Below are positions 29,843 through 38,661 of a stretch of DNA of 64,000 nucleotides, in pieces. The notes below the pieces were generated by a model that saw only the letters and a program-made list of their open reading frames with translations, did not search any database and was not told the origin of the DNA. Source of the DNA: a bacterium (lineage in GTDB: Bacteria; Patescibacteriota; Minisyncoccia; Phycocordibacterales; CAIZLB01). Location of the stretch: NCBI GenBank assembly GCA_031411135.1, contig JANOAN010000003.1, positions 10,614 through 74,613 on the forward strand, in the 5' to 3' direction. Made by a program: the position numbers and the translations under genes. Position 1 is the stretch's first letter. Every line of letters starts with the position of its first letter.

Positions 29843-30073
29843 TCACCCCTCCACAAAGTGGAGTAGGTGAACCTCGTGCTCCTTGTTTTTCCTCTCGAGA
29901 TGCTTGACCAGTTCAAGCTGCTCGTGAGGAATCCTTGGAGTGAACCTGTGTGGTTCAGCTGAGGTGCCAGGTGCTGCGGGCTCTGACTTTGAACACTGTT
30001 CAAAGTTTCGAGTGCGCAGTTCCTGATTCCACTCGTGGCGAATCCGTTGGTGGCGGGCTTGTTTGTGGTTCAT
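29843..30073 (-). CDS. small hypothetical protein (76 aa), ribozyme-preceded
   Basis: Start set to the ATG at 30073, downstream of the track start 30118, so the ORF does not overlap ribozyme 3. Confidence 0.4.
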   Translation of the reverse strand: MNHKQARHQRIRHEWNQELRTRNFEQCSKSEPAAPGTSAEPHRFTPRIPHEQLELVKHLERKNKEHEVHLLHFVEG

Positions 30074-30087
30074 AGTGGTGGTTTGTA

Positions 30088-30168
30088 AGGTTCGCTGTTT
30101 CGTCCTGTCTGCACACATGTGCAGTAGACTCGTCAGGCAAGGTCACACCTTGCGACAGGCGGTTTTGA
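30088..30168 (-). ncRNA. hammerhead ribozyme (type III), copy 3
   Basis: Minus RNA: CCUGUC|GCAAGG-UGUGA-CCUUGC CUGACGA GUC-UA-CUGCAC-AUGU-GUGCAG-ACAG-GAC GAAAC AGCG... Confidence 0.75.
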
Positions 30169-30602
30169 GGCGGTTTCAGAGCTACCTCGCCGTACCATGT
30201 GGGTTCTTCCCCATGGATTCAGCAGCTCCTACTCCCGCCCTTGACGCTGTGCCGCGCACAACGCTTGTCTGCTTTTTGCCAGACAAGTGGCTTTTTACCG
30301 ATTCGGCCTCCTCAGTGGTTTGTTTGCGTGATCTGGTACTTTGGAGGTCCAGTCAGGTTTGAGCCACTTAGACTCTTCGACTCGCACCCTCTGTGCCTAG
30401 TCGCCGTTCCTCGGTAGGGCTTCGCCAGCGAACCCTTGACCTTTTGTAAGGTGCCTTTTCTGCAGAAGACTATACTTGACACAACTAAATAATGCTTGTA
30501 TTTATAGGTAGTTTTGTAATACATATTCAACAAAAGTACCCTACTTGCCTTATTTATAAAGGTTTGTTATAATTCTAAAACGTAATATAAAGTTACACTT
30601 TT

Positions 30603-31331
30603 ATGAAAACAAACTTAATACTCGAAAAAATAGGCCTAACAAAGCATGAAAGTGCTATATACCTAGCGCTTTTAGAGCTAGGTCCCTCAATCATTACGAA
30701 AATCTCAGAGAAGACTTCCATTCATCGACCGATCGTGTATAAAACCCTCCCTAACCTCTTAGAAAAGAAGTTGATTACACAGAACCCAGTCAAAAAACAT
30801 ATTGTCTACACAGCAGAACCACCAAACAGACTTGAAGCAATCTTTGAGGATTTAAAACACGAATTATTTAATCTTCTCCCAATACTTGAGGATTCGTATG
30901 TGATGAATACAAAAAAACTTAAAGTGAGATTTATTGAAGGTAAGGATGGGACAAAAAGAGTTTTCGACGATGTTGTCCGAAGTTTACCTAAAGGTTCAAC
31001 TTTCTACAGATATAGCTCCAACACTGACGGAGTTGAGAAAAAAGATAAATACTTACCACGTGCCTACCGAAACATTCGCGATGCAAAGAAATTGGAGCGA
31101 CAAGTCATCACCAACGAAGAAACTTCTAAGCAGAAAGAAGCAAAGTTAGATCGATTTATAAAAGTAATGCCGAACGACTTTGGATCATTCAACCACAATG
31201 TCACCCACCTGATTTACGGAGACAAAGTTGCTTTCATAGACTACAACTCAGAGACAGCGGTGGTTATTGAAAACAAAAAAATCGCAGATTTCCAGAGAAA
31301 TATTTTCCAAGTTCTATACAAAAAGCTTTAA
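30603..31331 (+). CDS. TrmB-family transcriptional regulator
   Basis: N-terminal HTH 'IGLTKHESAIYLALLELGPSIITKISEKTSIHRPIVYKTLPNLLEKKLI'. Second TrmB-like regulator in the window, divergent from the ribozyme operon. Confidence 0.65.
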   Translation: MKTNLILEKIGLTKHESAIYLALLELGPSIITKISEKTSIHRPIVYKTLPNLLEKKLITQNPVKKHIVYTAEPPNRLEAIFEDLKHELFNLLPILEDSYVMNTKKLKVRFIEGKDGTKRVFDDVVRSLPKGSTFYRYSSNTDGVEKKDKYLPRAYRNIRDAKKLERQVITNEETSKQKEAKLDRFIKVMPNDFGSFNHNVTHLIYGDKVAFIDYNSETAVVIENKKIADFQRNIFQVLYKKL

Positions 31332-32060
31332 AGCACTTCCGAAATCCTCTGGGTACGGTGCTTCAATCTTAATTAATCCGCCTCCCAGGTCAGTAAACTC
31401 AATACTCCTTGAATGTAGTGCTAATCTCTCGAAGCCCAATACCTTGGGGTGATTTGGGGCATACAAGCCATCTCCCACCACTGGGTGATGAAGAAAATGC
31501 ATGTGTACGCGGATCTGATGAGTTCTTCCGGTTAGAGGATGACACTCAATCAAACTAAAACTCGGTGTGATTTTATAATCCTGATTTTCTAAAGTGATTT
31601 CTTTTAAAACTTTATACTCTGTCACCGCTTCGCGCATCTCGCCTCGTGCAAAACGTCCAGCGCTCCACTTTCGAAAATCGCTTTTACTTCTCCCAATCGG
31701 TCTATCCACTTCCCCTTTCTTTTCCTTGAAAAGCCCCCACACAACAGCATTGTATGTTTTATGCACCTCACGATTCTGAAACTGCTCCTTTAAATATTCA
31801 AAACATTCCTGAGTTTTAGCTATAACCATGGCACCTGAAGTTTCGCGGTCCAATCTATGCACAATCCCAGGGCGATAAATAATTTCTCCTTCCGGATTTT
31901 TGCCCGGTTCGCCTACTTCTTTAATTTTTGGATACTTTTCAATCAGCCAATCACATAAATTAACCTCTTTGGTCTTTCCATCTGAATGTACGACCAAACC
32001 GGCTGGCTTGTTTATAACCAGAAGGTTCTTGTTTTCAAATAGGATTATTGGCTCTTTCAT
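31314..32060 (-). CDS. RluA-family pseudouridine synthase
   Basis: Catalytic 'HRLDRETSGAMVIAKT'. Confidence 0.8.
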   Translation of the reverse strand: MKEPIILFENKNLLVINKPAGLVVHSDGKTKEVNLCDWLIEKYPKIKEVGEPGKNPEGEIIYRPGIVHRLDRETSGAMVIAKTQECFEYLKEQFQNREVHKTYNAVVWGLFKEKKGEVDRPIGRSKSDFRKWSAGRFARGEMREAVTEYKVLKEITLENQDYKITPSFSLIECHPLTGRTHQIRVHMHFLHHPVVGDGLYAPNHPKVLGFERLALHSRSIEFTDLGGGLIKIEAPYPEDFGSALKLFV

Positions 32061-32121
32061 TGAAACAACATTACCCTAAAAGGTTGAAAAAGTCATTTAA
32101 ATGGGATACTATCTATTTCAC

Positions 32122-32194
32122 GGGAGATTAGCTCAGTTGGTAGAGCAACTCATTTACACTGAGAAGGTCACAGGTTCGAGTCCTGTATCTCCCA
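32122..32194 (+). tRNA. tRNA-Val (anticodon TAC)
   Basis: GGGAGAT acceptor, D-arm GCTCAGTTGGTAGAGC, anticodon loop TTTACAC, T-arm ACAGG-TTCGAGT-CCTGT. Confidence 0.75.
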
Positions 32195-32268
32195 CAAATT
32201 AACGAGCGAAGCGACTATAACTTGTGAGGATGTCGCGAATAGCCACGCCCACCAAAGATTGATATCTG

Positions 32269-32340
32269 TGCTCCCGGTTGGAATCGAACCAACATTGACG
32301 GCTTAGAAGTCCGCAGTTCTATCCATTGAACTACAGGAGC
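32269..32340 (-). tRNA. tRNA-Arg (anticodon TCT)
   Basis: Revcomp GCTCCTG...CTTCTAA loop...GTTGG-TTCGATT-CCAAC-CGGGAGC-A. Confidence 0.65.
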
Positions 32341-32371
32341 ATAACGTGATGACCCTTACGATACATTAATA

Positions 32372-32680
32372 CTACGATTTCTTCAACTCGATAATCATTT
32401 TTTCAAAACTTTCTTTTTTCTTCATATACAACTCAATGGTTTGATTAAGCTCTAATTTCCCATCCCCACCATCAGAACTAACTGTGCTTGTAGCCGTAGC
32501 GCTTTCTTTTACTATAATAGGTGCGTCCAAGTCTTTGCCATCAGCTGACATTTGGTGGTAAAAAACAAATCCATAAATCAAAACAGCCATACCGAGGATT
32601 ATAGAGGTGATTAAAACCCTCCTCCAGTCTGTTTGAGGTTTTTCGCCAATTATATAGAAATGTTTTTTAAAGAGTTTCAT
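32372..32680 (-). CDS. small membrane protein, probably pilus-assembly associated
   Basis: Single TM helix; last gene of the pilMNO-like operon. Confidence 0.4.
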   Translation of the reverse strand: MKLFKKHFYIIGEKPQTDWRRVLITSIILGMAVLIYGFVFYHQMSADGKDLDAPIIVKESATATSTVSSDGGDGKLELNQTIELYMKKKESFEKMIIELKKS

Positions 32681-32686
32681 ATATTA

Positions 32687-33244
32687 TTACTGGGTTAATT
32701 TTACCTCGACATCTTTTAATTTTACCAAGACCATGTCAATACTAGCCAACCACTTTAAAGTAGAGGATGCATCACCTGATTTTGCAAACGAAAGTTTGTT
32801 AATTTTTATATTGTAAGGCAAGGCTTCAATCAAAGCGATACTTTTTGAAACATCAGATTTTGCACCTTCAATTTTAAAAGTAACCTTTAGAAAATCTACA
32901 CCGTCTGGCATACCAAACGCTTCTTCAGTCGATACTGATTGCGTCGTTATTTTAGTGCCCGTCATAGGTCCGAAACCCTCTATGGTCTGCACAACATCTG
33001 CAGTCTGATCAGGGCGAATCAGGAAGGACTTCAAATCGAAACCTTCTCTAAAATTGAGTTCGATCTTTTTTCTAAGGTCTTTAACTGCTTGATCTTTTTT
33101 CATTGCAAAAGTAACCTTATTTTTCAAATCGCCAAATGAAGCACTTTTAGCTCTGACTTGGTGAAGCATGTAGAAATATGCACCCCAGATCCCTACTGTA
33201 ATTACCAAATTGAGTATTAGAAGATTTAAAGTTTTTTTCTTCAT
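32687..33244 (-). CDS. pilO: type IV pilus assembly protein PilO-like
   Basis: N-terminal TM helix, then a coiled-coil and periplasmic domain. Overlaps the pilN stop by 4 nt (ATGA). Confidence 0.5.
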   Translation of the reverse strand: MKKKTLNLLILNLVITVGIWGAYFYMLHQVRAKSASFGDLKNKVTFAMKKDQAVKDLRKKIELNFREGFDLKSFLIRPDQTADVVQTIEGFGPMTGTKITTQSVSTEEAFGMPDGVDFLKVTFKIEGAKSDVSKSIALIEALPYNIKINKLSFAKSGDASSTLKWLASIDMVLVKLKDVEVKLTQ

Positions 33245-33789
33245 ATTTTTAATTTTTCGACATTAACCAAAAGATTCAAGGTAAAGTCTAAATTGTCTTG
33301 TCTCGCCAAGCTATTGTAAGGAAAAGATGCACCCGTAAAAGCCGGGTCTTGTTTTAAAGTATTAATAAACTTTATAAGCGAATCTCTATTCTTTGAAACA
33401 CCACTAAGTTGCACTGAAACATTTTCATCAAAATGATTTATTTGAAATTGACGAATGGTCGTCATGTCCCCTGCTTTTTTTTCCAAATGGCTAAAAATAT
33501 CCAAATTTGAAAATGTCTTACCTAATGGGGACAGGAACGATGCTGTATTTGAAATATCTGCCAGTTTCTTGGAAAGCTCGTCTGCACCAACAGAAGAATT
33601 TCCACCGACATTTTTTTCCTGCAACTTTAAAATCTTTTCATGGGTAGAGACTAGTACTTTTGAAGGAATAATAGATACAACGGCAACAACCCCTACAAAA
33701 GATAACGAAATCAATGCGACAATAATTAACCGCATTCGGTATTCTTGTAAAACTTTTTTCTTTTGTTCTTCTGTTAATAAGTAGAGCAT
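33241..33789 (-). CDS. pilN: type IV pilus assembly protein PilN-like
   Basis: Single TM helix after a short cytoplasmic N-terminus; ~180 aa; lies between pilM and pilO. Confidence 0.5.
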   Translation of the reverse strand: MLYLLTEEQKKKVLQEYRMRLIIVALISLSFVGVVAVVSIIPSKVLVSTHEKILKLQEKNVGGNSSVGADELSKKLADISNTASFLSPLGKTFSNLDIFSHLEKKAGDMTTIRQFQINHFDENVSVQLSGVSKNRDSLIKFINTLKQDPAFTGASFPYNSLARQDNLDFTLNLLVNVEKLKI

Positions 33790-33795
33790 AAAAAA

Positions 33796-34902
33796 TTAAT
33801 ATCTGTGTTTTGGTAAAGCCAAACCAATTACAGTAGCAAAGTCCAATGAATCATTAAATTTAATATCCGGTACAGTATCTTTTAAATCCAACACATTTTG
33901 CCAAACATTAGCTACCTCAACCTCGACATTTAAACTTGTAGAAAAATATTCCCTCAACCCAGGTAGTAATGAATCATGACCAGAGAGAATAATTTTTTTA
34001 ATCATCGCGCCTGACGTCTCCCCAGAAGACTTGAGCTTGTCTTGAAAAGATTGCCAGTAAACGATGACTCGCTGAGTCTCGTCTTTGATAGCAGATAAAC
34101 CATTAATCATCCCCGCAAAAACCTTGTTATTATCGAGGTCGACATTTTCATACAAAGGATCAGTCTTCATTTTTTCTGCTTCCTCTTTGCTTATACAGTA
34201 CTCTCTCATTAATCCATCCGTAAAATCAGCAGAACCGATTGAAACAGAAGAAGTGAATTGAAGGGCATGATCAGACACAATAGACAAAATCGTGCGTTTG
34301 TCTGAAATCTGAACCAAGAGGTATGCTGACGAGTCATCGTAATTGATTACCGCACGAGATAGGGCTTGATTTTCAATTAAAAAGGAAATCGGGGTCATGC
34401 CAGACTTTTCAAGAAGAATTGTATAATCACGCACAATTTGATAAGGCACAACCGAAACTGCAACGGTAACCATTCCTGTTTTTTTATCTGCTCGAATTGG
34501 AAAGTATTCAAAAATCGCTTCAGCCAATGTTAAAGGCACATTTTCTTCAAGGTGCATCTCGATGTTGGCTCGCATCCCTGAATCATCCCCTGCTGGCACA
34601 TCAGTTGTATACAAATAGGATTTTACTTCCGGAATAGAAACTTCAACAAAGGAAATTTTCTGAGTTTTTTGAATCTGAGTCAGAGCGTCCTGCAGATCTT
34701 TATTATTCACAAGACTATCATCAAAAGAAATTTGATTGGCAAGTTTCTGGCTACCGAATTTATTGATTTTTAGGTGCCCTGATTCCTTTGTTAATTCTAT
34801 ATATTTAACAGAAGAAGGGGTAATGTCCAGACCAACATGAGACATGTCTAAAAAATATGGTGTCGGGAAATATGTAAGGAGCTTTGTGGAGAGCTTCATC
34901 AC
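33796..34902 (-). CDS. pilM: type IV pilus assembly protein PilM (actin-like ATPase fold)
   Basis: ~370 aa; operon context with pilN/pilO; actin/FtsA-like fold inferred. Confidence 0.6.
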   Translation of the reverse strand: MMKLSTKLLTYFPTPYFLDMSHVGLDITPSSVKYIELTKESGHLKINKFGSQKLANQISFDDSLVNNKDLQDALTQIQKTQKISFVEVSIPEVKSYLYTTDVPAGDDSGMRANIEMHLEENVPLTLAEAIFEYFPIRADKKTGMVTVAVSVVPYQIVRDYTILLEKSGMTPISFLIENQALSRAVINYDDSSAYLLVQISDKRTILSIVSDHALQFTSSVSIGSADFTDGLMREYCISKEEAEKMKTDPLYENVDLDNNKVFAGMINGLSAIKDETQRVIVYWQSFQDKLKSSGETSGAMIKKIILSGHDSLLPGLREYFSTSLNVEVEVANVWQNVLDLKDTVPDIKFNDSLDFATVIGLALPKHRY

Positions 34903-34918
34903 CCAATTATAACACTTC

Positions 34919-35251
34919 CTAAGAGATTCTTGTACCGGCTGGAATGTCAGCTGTGGGTTTTAATAACCCAAGATTATTTTCATGCGAGGCAGCGAGGATC
35001 ATAGCCTGACTTTCAAGTCCCATAATCATGCGGGGCTCGAGATTTGTCACGAATGGAAAATTTTGGTTTATAAGTTGTGTTAAGTCAGGAAAAAATTTAG
35101 CGATACCTGAAATTACCTGTCGTGGGGCAGGTTCTGCAAAGCCCACAGTTAGTTTTAAAAGCTTTTCAGACCCAACTACAGGTTCAGCCGACAGAATCTT
35201 TCCGATTGTTATCTCGACTTTTGCAAAGTCATCAAAGGTTATTTTGTTCAT
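34919..35251 (-). CDS. tRNA-binding domain protein (CsaA / Trbp111-like)
   Basis: 'DFAKVEITIGKILSAEPVVGSEKLLKLTVGFA' matches the OB-fold tRNA-binding domain of MetRS C-terminus/CsaA. Confidence 0.65.
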   Translation of the reverse strand: MNKITFDDFAKVEITIGKILSAEPVVGSEKLLKLTVGFAEPAPRQVISGIAKFFPDLTQLINQNFPFVTNLEPRMIMGLESQAMILAASHENNLGLLKPTADIPAGTRIS

Positions 35252-35639
35252 TTTTATATTTAAGCCTATTTAAGTAACTTTGTAAAATGATTGAAGCGGC
35301 ACCGGAGTCGATATTTTCCGTATCTCCTTGGATTTTTGAGACTTGGTGGGAAGATAAAGTTTCGGGTTCGTATACGAGAGGTATATTGGAAAGTTTTGAG
35401 AATTTTTCTACAAATTTTTTTATATCCTTCATAATCGGATTTTCAACATTATTAAAGTCTTTTGATTCCCCTACCACTACCAAGTCGATATCGTTTTGTT
35501 TACACAGCTCTTGTATTTGTTGCGGAAGCTCAACATCATTTTCAATAATAGAATGTGGAAAAGCAATTTTCTTGTCAGGATCTGACATGGCGATACCAAC
35601 ACGTCTTTTTCCGTAGTCAATTCCTAAAGCTCTGCTCAT
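35232..35639 (-). CDS. ruvX: Holliday junction resolvase-like protein RuvX/YqgF
   Basis: 'ALGIDYGKRRVGIAMSD' N-terminal motif. Confidence 0.75.
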   Translation of the reverse strand: MSRALGIDYGKRRVGIAMSDPDKKIAFPHSIIENDVELPQQIQELCKQNDIDLVVVGESKDFNNVENPIMKDIKKFVEKFSKLSNIPLVYEPETLSSHQVSKIQGDTENIDSGAASIILQSYLNRLKYKNEQNNL

Positions 35640-35688
35640 ATGGTGAGAATACTAGCATTTGATAGGGTTTTTTGATAGGATGTTCCGC

Positions 35689-35775
35689 GGAGGAGTGGCA
35701 GAGTGGTCGATCGCAACAGTCTTGAAAACTGTAGTCCTCGCAAGGGGACCGTGAGTTCGAATCTCACCTCCTCCG
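35689..35775 (+). tRNA. tRNA-Ser (anticodon TGA), long variable arm
   Basis: GGAGGAG acceptor, anticodon loop CTTGAAA, variable arm GTCCTCGCAAGGGGAC, T-arm GTGAG-TTCGAAT-CTCAC, discriminator G. Confidence 0.8.
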
Positions 35776-35808
35776 CACGCAAAAAACAGCTCAGAATATG
35801 GGCTGTTT

Positions 35809-35839
35809 TTTGTTTATCCAGGTGAGATTCGAACTTTTG
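35809..35839 (+). repeat. cassette boundary motif copy 1 (tttgtttatccaGGTGAGATTCGAACTTTTG)
   Basis: Direct comparison with 37289..37319 and 38634..38664. Confidence 0.6.
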
Positions 35840-35944
35840 GTGTTGACTTATTGCATTTTAGTGATATAAATGTGAAGAATTTTCAAGTACTTTAAAATCA
35901 GTGCTTGGGCTTGGAAGAAAGACTGTAATTGACTTGCTGGCAAT

Positions 35945-37138
35945 ATGCCAAGCGGATTATTGACTTTCACTCCAAACCCAACTCACTACAAAATGAAAAC
36001 AAATCATGCGGAGCCGATCGATCGGCTTATCCGTTCCTACGAAGCAACGATGCAGTTCATCACATTTATGATGTGGCTCTGGAGAAGAGGAGATACTGAC
36101 GGGAGGTTCACAGATCCTTTTTGGCAGAGAATCTTCAATGGGCCTGTGAAGAACTGGAAGGATCTTCGTAAAGCCCTCCTTCGAATTCACAGCGACGGCT
36201 TTGATAACGAAAAGTTTGCAGGTCCTTCAATCACGGAACATGCTCTTAGTCAGAAAGAATTTGAATTCGGACAGTCTCGGATGATTGCTTCTCGTGTCGC
36301 CGAATGGACAAGGTCATCACGTCGTGTTTACTTTGTCCCAACCGACCTCCAACTCTTGCTTTCGACGACGAGTCTCAAAGATGTAGATTGGTCAATGATC
36401 AATTGGCCGTTTGATTCATTTCTGATTTCCTTCGAAATTCCAGTCAAACATCGAGGCAAGCAGATCGACTCGGTGTTGGTATCAAAGGAGCGGGTGGGAG
36501 AACATAAGATTATGGTGATTGAAACAATTGCCACTGATCTCCCGACCATCGAGTCGGTATTCGTCGGAAACCAAATCCAACGAATTGAAACGGCTCTGAG
36601 GAAGGAAGATTTCGAATACGCATCCGAAAAACTTGGAGGTGCGTATACAAATCGGCTCGCCATTGGCGGTGGAGACATCTGGCTTGCAAGCGAAAAGACG
36701 TTCAAACCTGGCGGACTAGCAGAAAAATTCGAGAACTTAGGGGAAGATCCTGAGTCAAAAATTATCTTCCGATTAATGTTCGGGCTACTTCTATACCTAC
36801 AGTCTCGCCCTCACAAGGAGCTTGCACCAAAAGGATGGGAGCCTTCAGCATTCGAACGGTGCGAAGGTCCAGCAAAAGTCATACGCATCGAGTCAGAAGT
36901 GTGCATCGTAAAAAGCATCTACAAGCTGACTGACACTGAACGGTCTGTGTTAGGACCTGCACTCCGCGGTGGATACGTTGAGGTGTCCCCTCACCACCGT
37001 GAGGGACACTGGCGTCGCCCACCGGGTAAAGGTGATGATCCAAATCACCCAAAGACAGTCTGGGTCAGACCTACAATAGTCAGAGGAGATAAGCTTGTCG
37101 ATGGAACACTACCAGTCGGGAGCTCTGAAGTAGTGTAA
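35945..37138 (+). CDS. hypothetical protein (GC-rich cassette gene, 397 aa)
   Basis: Long ORF; TTGACT-17-TATAAA promoter at 35844..35873. No recognisable domain. Confidence 0.5.
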   Translation: MPSGLLTFTPNPTHYKMKTNHAEPIDRLIRSYEATMQFITFMMWLWRRGDTDGRFTDPFWQRIFNGPVKNWKDLRKALLRIHSDGFDNEKFAGPSITEHALSQKEFEFGQSRMIASRVAEWTRSSRRVYFVPTDLQLLLSTTSLKDVDWSMINWPFDSFLISFEIPVKHRGKQIDSVLVSKERVGEHKIMVIETIATDLPTIESVFVGNQIQRIETALRKEDFEYASEKLGGAYTNRLAIGGGDIWLASEKTFKPGGLAEKFENLGEDPESKIIFRLMFGLLLYLQSRPHKELAPKGWEPSAFERCEGPAKVIRIESEVCIVKSIYKLTDTERSVLGPALRGGYVEVSPHHREGHWRRPPGKGDDPNHPKTVWVRPTIVRGDKLVDGTLPVGSSEVV

Positions 37139-37232
37139 ATGATGGTAATCCCATTCGGTGCCAGTAACGTGTAACTGGCATACCCACCTTTCTCGAGCGT
37201 TGTCTCGGGGGGTGGTTTTTATTTTACATACC

Positions 37233-37319
37233 AAGTTCGAACAGCCTCCACGGTCCTCCGCACGCAAAAACCGCCCGAAAGGGCGGTTTGTTTTATCACA
37301 AGTGAGATTCGAACTTTTG
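37233..37319 (+). repeat. cassette boundary unit 2: partial tRNA-Ser 3'-end copy + hairpin terminator + conserved motif
   Basis: 'TTCGAACagcCTCCacggtCCTCCGCACGCAAAAA' resembles the tRNA T-arm/acceptor end, followed by 'ccgcccgaaagggcgg' and 'tttgttttatcacaAGTGAGATTCGAACTTTTG'. Confidence 0.6.
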
Positions 37320-37422
37320 CGTAAATTATTGAACCACTACGGTAGTCTTTACTTTTAATAATTAAGTGGTAGTTTTAGATTGAACCCAGCACGCAAAACA
37401 ATAAAAACGGAGGTAACCAAAA

Positions 37423-37785
37423 ATGCAAAATTATGCACTCAGGTCTTTATGGAGACCATTAACGCCAGCACAACGAGGAATGATCCTCATGGCATATGAT
37501 CAATCGACACATGCTGACGTGTGGGAAGCGCTCAAGAGTGAAGAAGACCACCAAAGGGTCACTCTACTTTCACGAACAGTAGTCGAGGCTCACGTAGATC
37601 TGGCGCAAAATGATGACCCTGAACTCATGGTAGGAACCTCACTTGTGTCATCCAACTTTGCGGTGAGTTTCGTTCGCTGGTTTCGCGAATTGAAAGCCTG
37701 GAAAGAGTTAAGGTGGGATGACCCTCATCTGTTCCACACGCTTCTATCTCACGCCTGTGTCGCAAAAAAACTCGAAACGGTGTAA
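37423..37785 (+). CDS. hypothetical protein (cassette gene, 120 aa)
   Basis: ORF followed by a terminator of the conserved family (37833..37866). Confidence 0.45.
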   Translation: MQNYALRSLWRPLTPAQRGMILMAYDQSTHADVWEALKSEEDHQRVTLLSRTVVEAHVDLAQNDDPELMVGTSLVSSNFAVSFVRWFRELKAWKELRWDDPHLFHTLLSHACVAKKLETV

Positions 37786-37832
37786 CCGCACGATCAAAAA
37801 TATGGCTACGGCCTTCCCCGCACTGGACTGTG

Positions 37833-37866
37833 CCACCGCTCTGACAAAGCGGTGTTTTCTTTTTTA
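37833..37866 (+). terminator. intrinsic terminator, conserved family
   Basis: 'ccaccgctcTGACAaagcggtg'+TTTTCTTTTTT; loop motif TGACA shared with 5593..5641 and 9254..9306. Confidence 0.55.
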
Positions 37867-37927
37867 TAAAAAGTTCTAACAACCCCCACGGTACTCCGCA
37901 CATTCGAACATTTTATCTACAAAAAAT

Positions 37928-38608
37928 CTATTTTAAGCGCTTCTTATTTGGATTCAAAAAATTTTCCCTAGTCGCCACCCTTTTCCCTGTTTTTCTTTCA
38001 ATTTCCTTGCGGGCATTGCCTGAAACTCTACCGCCGTCCTTTGCATCTTTCTGAAGTAATGGAAATCCTTTAGAGTCTCTACTCCGAGAAAGCTCTGTTG
38101 TTGTTGCTTCTCCTAACATTGTGAGTATAAGTTCAAGCTCATTCATATGGTCTCGTGCATTATCCTGCTTTGAGATTTTTTTATAATCTTTTATTTCTTG
38201 AGCGGTCATTTCAAAAGTTCCTTTATATATTTCGTTTGTGAGAATTGCGAACTCAATACCTTCCTTCGCTTCTCTGTTTTTCCATTCATCAGTAAGAGTG
38301 TTGCGAACATTAATACCTCGAATTCTTTTAGCAATCCAATCTTCGTTGTGTCCTTTTTGCTCGTAAGTTTTCTTTGCTCGTAAAACAGCTCGTTCAGGGT
38401 CTTGTATTTCTTCTATTCGTTCCTGACCTACTTTTGCCAACCACAACTTAAATGGTTCTGCTTTCGATGAAGGAATGGCTTGTATGATACGAAAGATACC
38501 TGCCAAATTGGCACAATTTACCTTCTGAACCCATCCTTTCGTCTCTATTCCAAGGGGGGTGGCAATTTGCCCCCACCCTTTTGATAACTCCTCATCCCTT
38601 CTACGCAT
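37928..38608 (-). CDS. dinD: DinD / Bro-N family protein (DNA-damage-inducible protein D-like)
   Basis: 'FKLWLAKVGQERIEEI' plus a C-terminal 'FAILTNEIYKG...ELILTMLGEATTTELSRSRDS' that aligns to E. coli DinD. Confidence 0.65.
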   Translation of the reverse strand: MRRRDEELSKGWGQIATPLGIETKGWVQKVNCANLAGIFRIIQAIPSSKAEPFKLWLAKVGQERIEEIQDPERAVLRAKKTYEQKGHNEDWIAKRIRGINVRNTLTDEWKNREAKEGIEFAILTNEIYKGTFEMTAQEIKDYKKISKQDNARDHMNELELILTMLGEATTTELSRSRDSKGFPLLQKDAKDGGRVSGNARKEIERKTGKRVATRENFLNPNKKRLK

Positions 38609-38661
38609 ATCCTTGATATACCCTTCGAGCTGTTTTTGTTTATCCAGATGAGATTAGAACT

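Noticed and set aside
30225-30275. CUGAGGA core-like motif on the minus strand upstream of ribozyme 3
   Set aside because: Following sequence lacks a closed helix II and a GAAA junction, so not a hammerhead.
30063-30533. Three overlapping ORFs (30063..30362 +, 30199..30417 +, 30312..30533 -)
   Set aside because: They overlap hammerhead ribozyme 3 and each other in a GC-rich leader region. No RBS; more likely non-coding.
35806-35842. Possible minus-strand tRNA fragment (GGTGAGATTCGAAC resembles a T-arm)
   Set aside because: Cannot be folded into a cloverleaf. Treated as part of the reiterated cassette-boundary motif rather than a tRNA gene.
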